DNA of 64,000 bases. Source: Nitrosopumilus sp. (GTDB lineage Archaea > Thermoproteota > Nitrososphaeria > Nitrososphaerales > Nitrosopumilaceae). The translations under genes were made by a program, and so were the position numbers. The notes below the pieces were generated by a model, which did not search any database, was not told the origin of the DNA, and was given only the letters and a program-made list of their open reading frames with translations. The DNA lies in contig OZ250186.1 in assembly GCA_965238275.1 (NCBI GenBank), forward strand, positions 1,184,001-1,248,000, written 5' to 3'. Below are positions 62,175-64,000 of the stretch, piece by piece (position 1 is the stretch's first letter; the number at the start of each line of letters is the position of its first letter).

Positions 62175-64000
62175 ACAACATGTTCGGCGCCACGGTCAAC
62201 CGACATGTCACCGACATGAACAACATGTTCAACGGCGCCACGGCATTCAACGGCGACATCTCCGGGTGGGACGTCTCGTCTGTCCTCAACATGAACGGCA
62301 TGTTCAACTACGCCATAGCCTTCAACGGCAACATCTCCGGGTGGGACGCCTCGTCTGTCCTCAACATGGGCCAGATGTTCAGCAGCGCCACGGCATTCAA
62401 CGGCGACATCTCCGGGTGGACCCCCTCGAGCGTCACCCAAATGGGAAGCATGTTCTGGCGCGCCTCCTCCTTCAACGGCGACATCTCCGGCTGGAACGTC
62501 TCGTCTGTCACCGACATGCCCAACATGTTCTTCGGCGCCACGGCATTCAACGGCGACATCTCCGGGTGGACCCCCTCGAGAGTCACCACCATGAACGGCA
62601 TGTTCGCCGGCGCCTCCGCCTTCAACGGCGACCTCTCCGGCTGGAACGTCTCGTCTGTCACCGACATGGCCTCCATGTTCGAAGGCGCCTCCGCCTTCAA
62701 CGGCGACATCTCCGGGTGGGACACCTCGAAAGTCACCGACATGCACCGCATGTTCAACGGCGCCTCCGCCTTCAACCGGGACCTCTCCGGGTGGGTCGTT
62801 GTAATGGTGGAACGCATGGCTGGAATGTTCGTCGGCGCCACCTCATTCGACCAGAACCTGGGCAACTGGTATGTCGTGCTGCACGGCACGGCAATTAACC
62901 GGTCAGGCGTCCCCGGGTTCGTCGGCAACATATCGGCGCAGAATACTCCACTTGACGGCCACTCTCCCGCGTATCGCATAGGCGAAGGCGGCGACTCACC
63001 CAGATTCACCGTAACTGGCGACAACATGCTCAACATGGCCTCTGTAGATGACAGCACAATGGTGCATACGGTCAACATTACCGCCTCGGGTGCGAACGTA
63101 TTTGAGAACGGAAACAACTGGCGCGAGGTGAACGTGACGGTGACAGACGGCCCGGTCCCGACCATATCGTCTGATGTGGGTCCTGACGGCACCATTACAA
63201 ACGCCGCCCGGATTCCGTTCAGCGTGTCGTTCAACGAGGCCGTGACCGGATTCACCACCTGGAACCCCACCGTGAACGGCACCGCTGGCGTGGACGCAGT
63301 GAGCCCCGTTGTCGGCATCGGCGCGGGCCCGTACACTTTTACCGTCACGCTAGCCTCAAGCGGCACCGTGATTGTCAGCATACCTGCAGGCGTGGCCTTT
63401 GACTCCAACAACGACCCCAATGTCGAGGCCGGCCCGTTCACCATAACATACGACGGCACGGCACCGTTTATCGTGGATCGTGAAATCCCGCAGTCCCCCA
63501 CAAACGCCGCTAGTGCCACGTTTACTGTCACCTTTAGCGAGCCGGTCACGTTCGTGGGAGACATCGTGGTTAGCGGCGGCGGCACGGCCGACCCCCCGCG
63601 TCCGGCGGGTACGGCAGAAGAATCCTTCACCTTTACGGTGGAGCCTGACATTGAAGACACTGACACTGCCCTCACAGTGATAATCCCGGCAGGCGCCGTG
63701 CGGGATGCTGCCGGAAATACCAACGCCGCGCCCGCGTCATCTGCCATCAGGTTTGACCACGTCGCGCCGACAGTGAAATCCCTCTCCACGCTGGTGCCGT
63801 CCCCCACAAACGCCGCTAGTGCCGAGTTTACTGCCAACTTTAGCGAGCCGGTCACGTTCGTGGAAGACATCGTGGTTAGCGGCGGCGGCACGGCCGACCC
63901 CCCGCGTCCGGCGGGTACGGCAGAAGAATACTTCACCTTTACGGTGGAGCCTGGCATTGAAGACACTGACACTGCCCTCACAGTGACAATCCCGGCAGGC
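62162..64000 (+). CDS. Giant surface protein, part 2 (after frameshift, runs off window): third DUF285 array and Ig-like repeats
   Basis: Frame appears open from 62162 to the window end (absent from the track because it has no stop); 306-bp Ig-like repeats at 63494 and 63800. Confidence 0.82.

Noticed and set aside
56321-63981. Long minus-strand ORFs over the surface proteins (likewise over the transposases)
   Set aside because: Antisense shadows of GC-rich, codon-biased genes.

Overview
Archaeal DNA, very probably from an ammonia-oxidising Nitrosopumilaceae (Nitrososphaerota). The high IS load and giant repeat surface proteins suggest a host-associated symbiont. The window has four zones. 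(1) 1-21 kb: an accessory, provirus/plasmid-like region with a TnpB 3' end, an operon of translationally coupled small Cys-rich ORFs, a PD-(D/E)XK-like gene, a PAPS-reductase-family gene and a secreted metalloprotease, riddled with IS5/ISL2, IS66 and IS110 elements whose ends and target duplications can mostly be read exactly. (2) 21-42 kb: homocitrate synthase, a tyrosine recombinase, then a core block (gdhA, 3-HP/4-HB cycle 3-hydroxypropionyl-CoA synthetase and dehydratase, erpA, dnaG, ribK, ribL, dph5, lysK-lysX-lysW) with two more IS66 elements. (3) 42-51.6 kb: a second accessory patch (nuclease-like gene, rmuC, ISH3, IS481, IS5 and IS66 remnants). (4) 51.7-64 kb: a second tyrosine recombinase with a CAG-microsatellite tail, followed by two paralogous repeat surface proteins (beta-propeller, DUF285/BspA-like, Ig-like). 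The two best leads are, first, an adenine-biased, DGR-like pattern of differences among the surface-protein repeats (no reverse transcriptase in this window) and, second, a dispersed 39-bp dyad/TIR family (about 12 copies) that marks accessory-gene boundaries near two recombinases lacking the box-I Arg. All identifications were made by eye from motifs; no searches were run.
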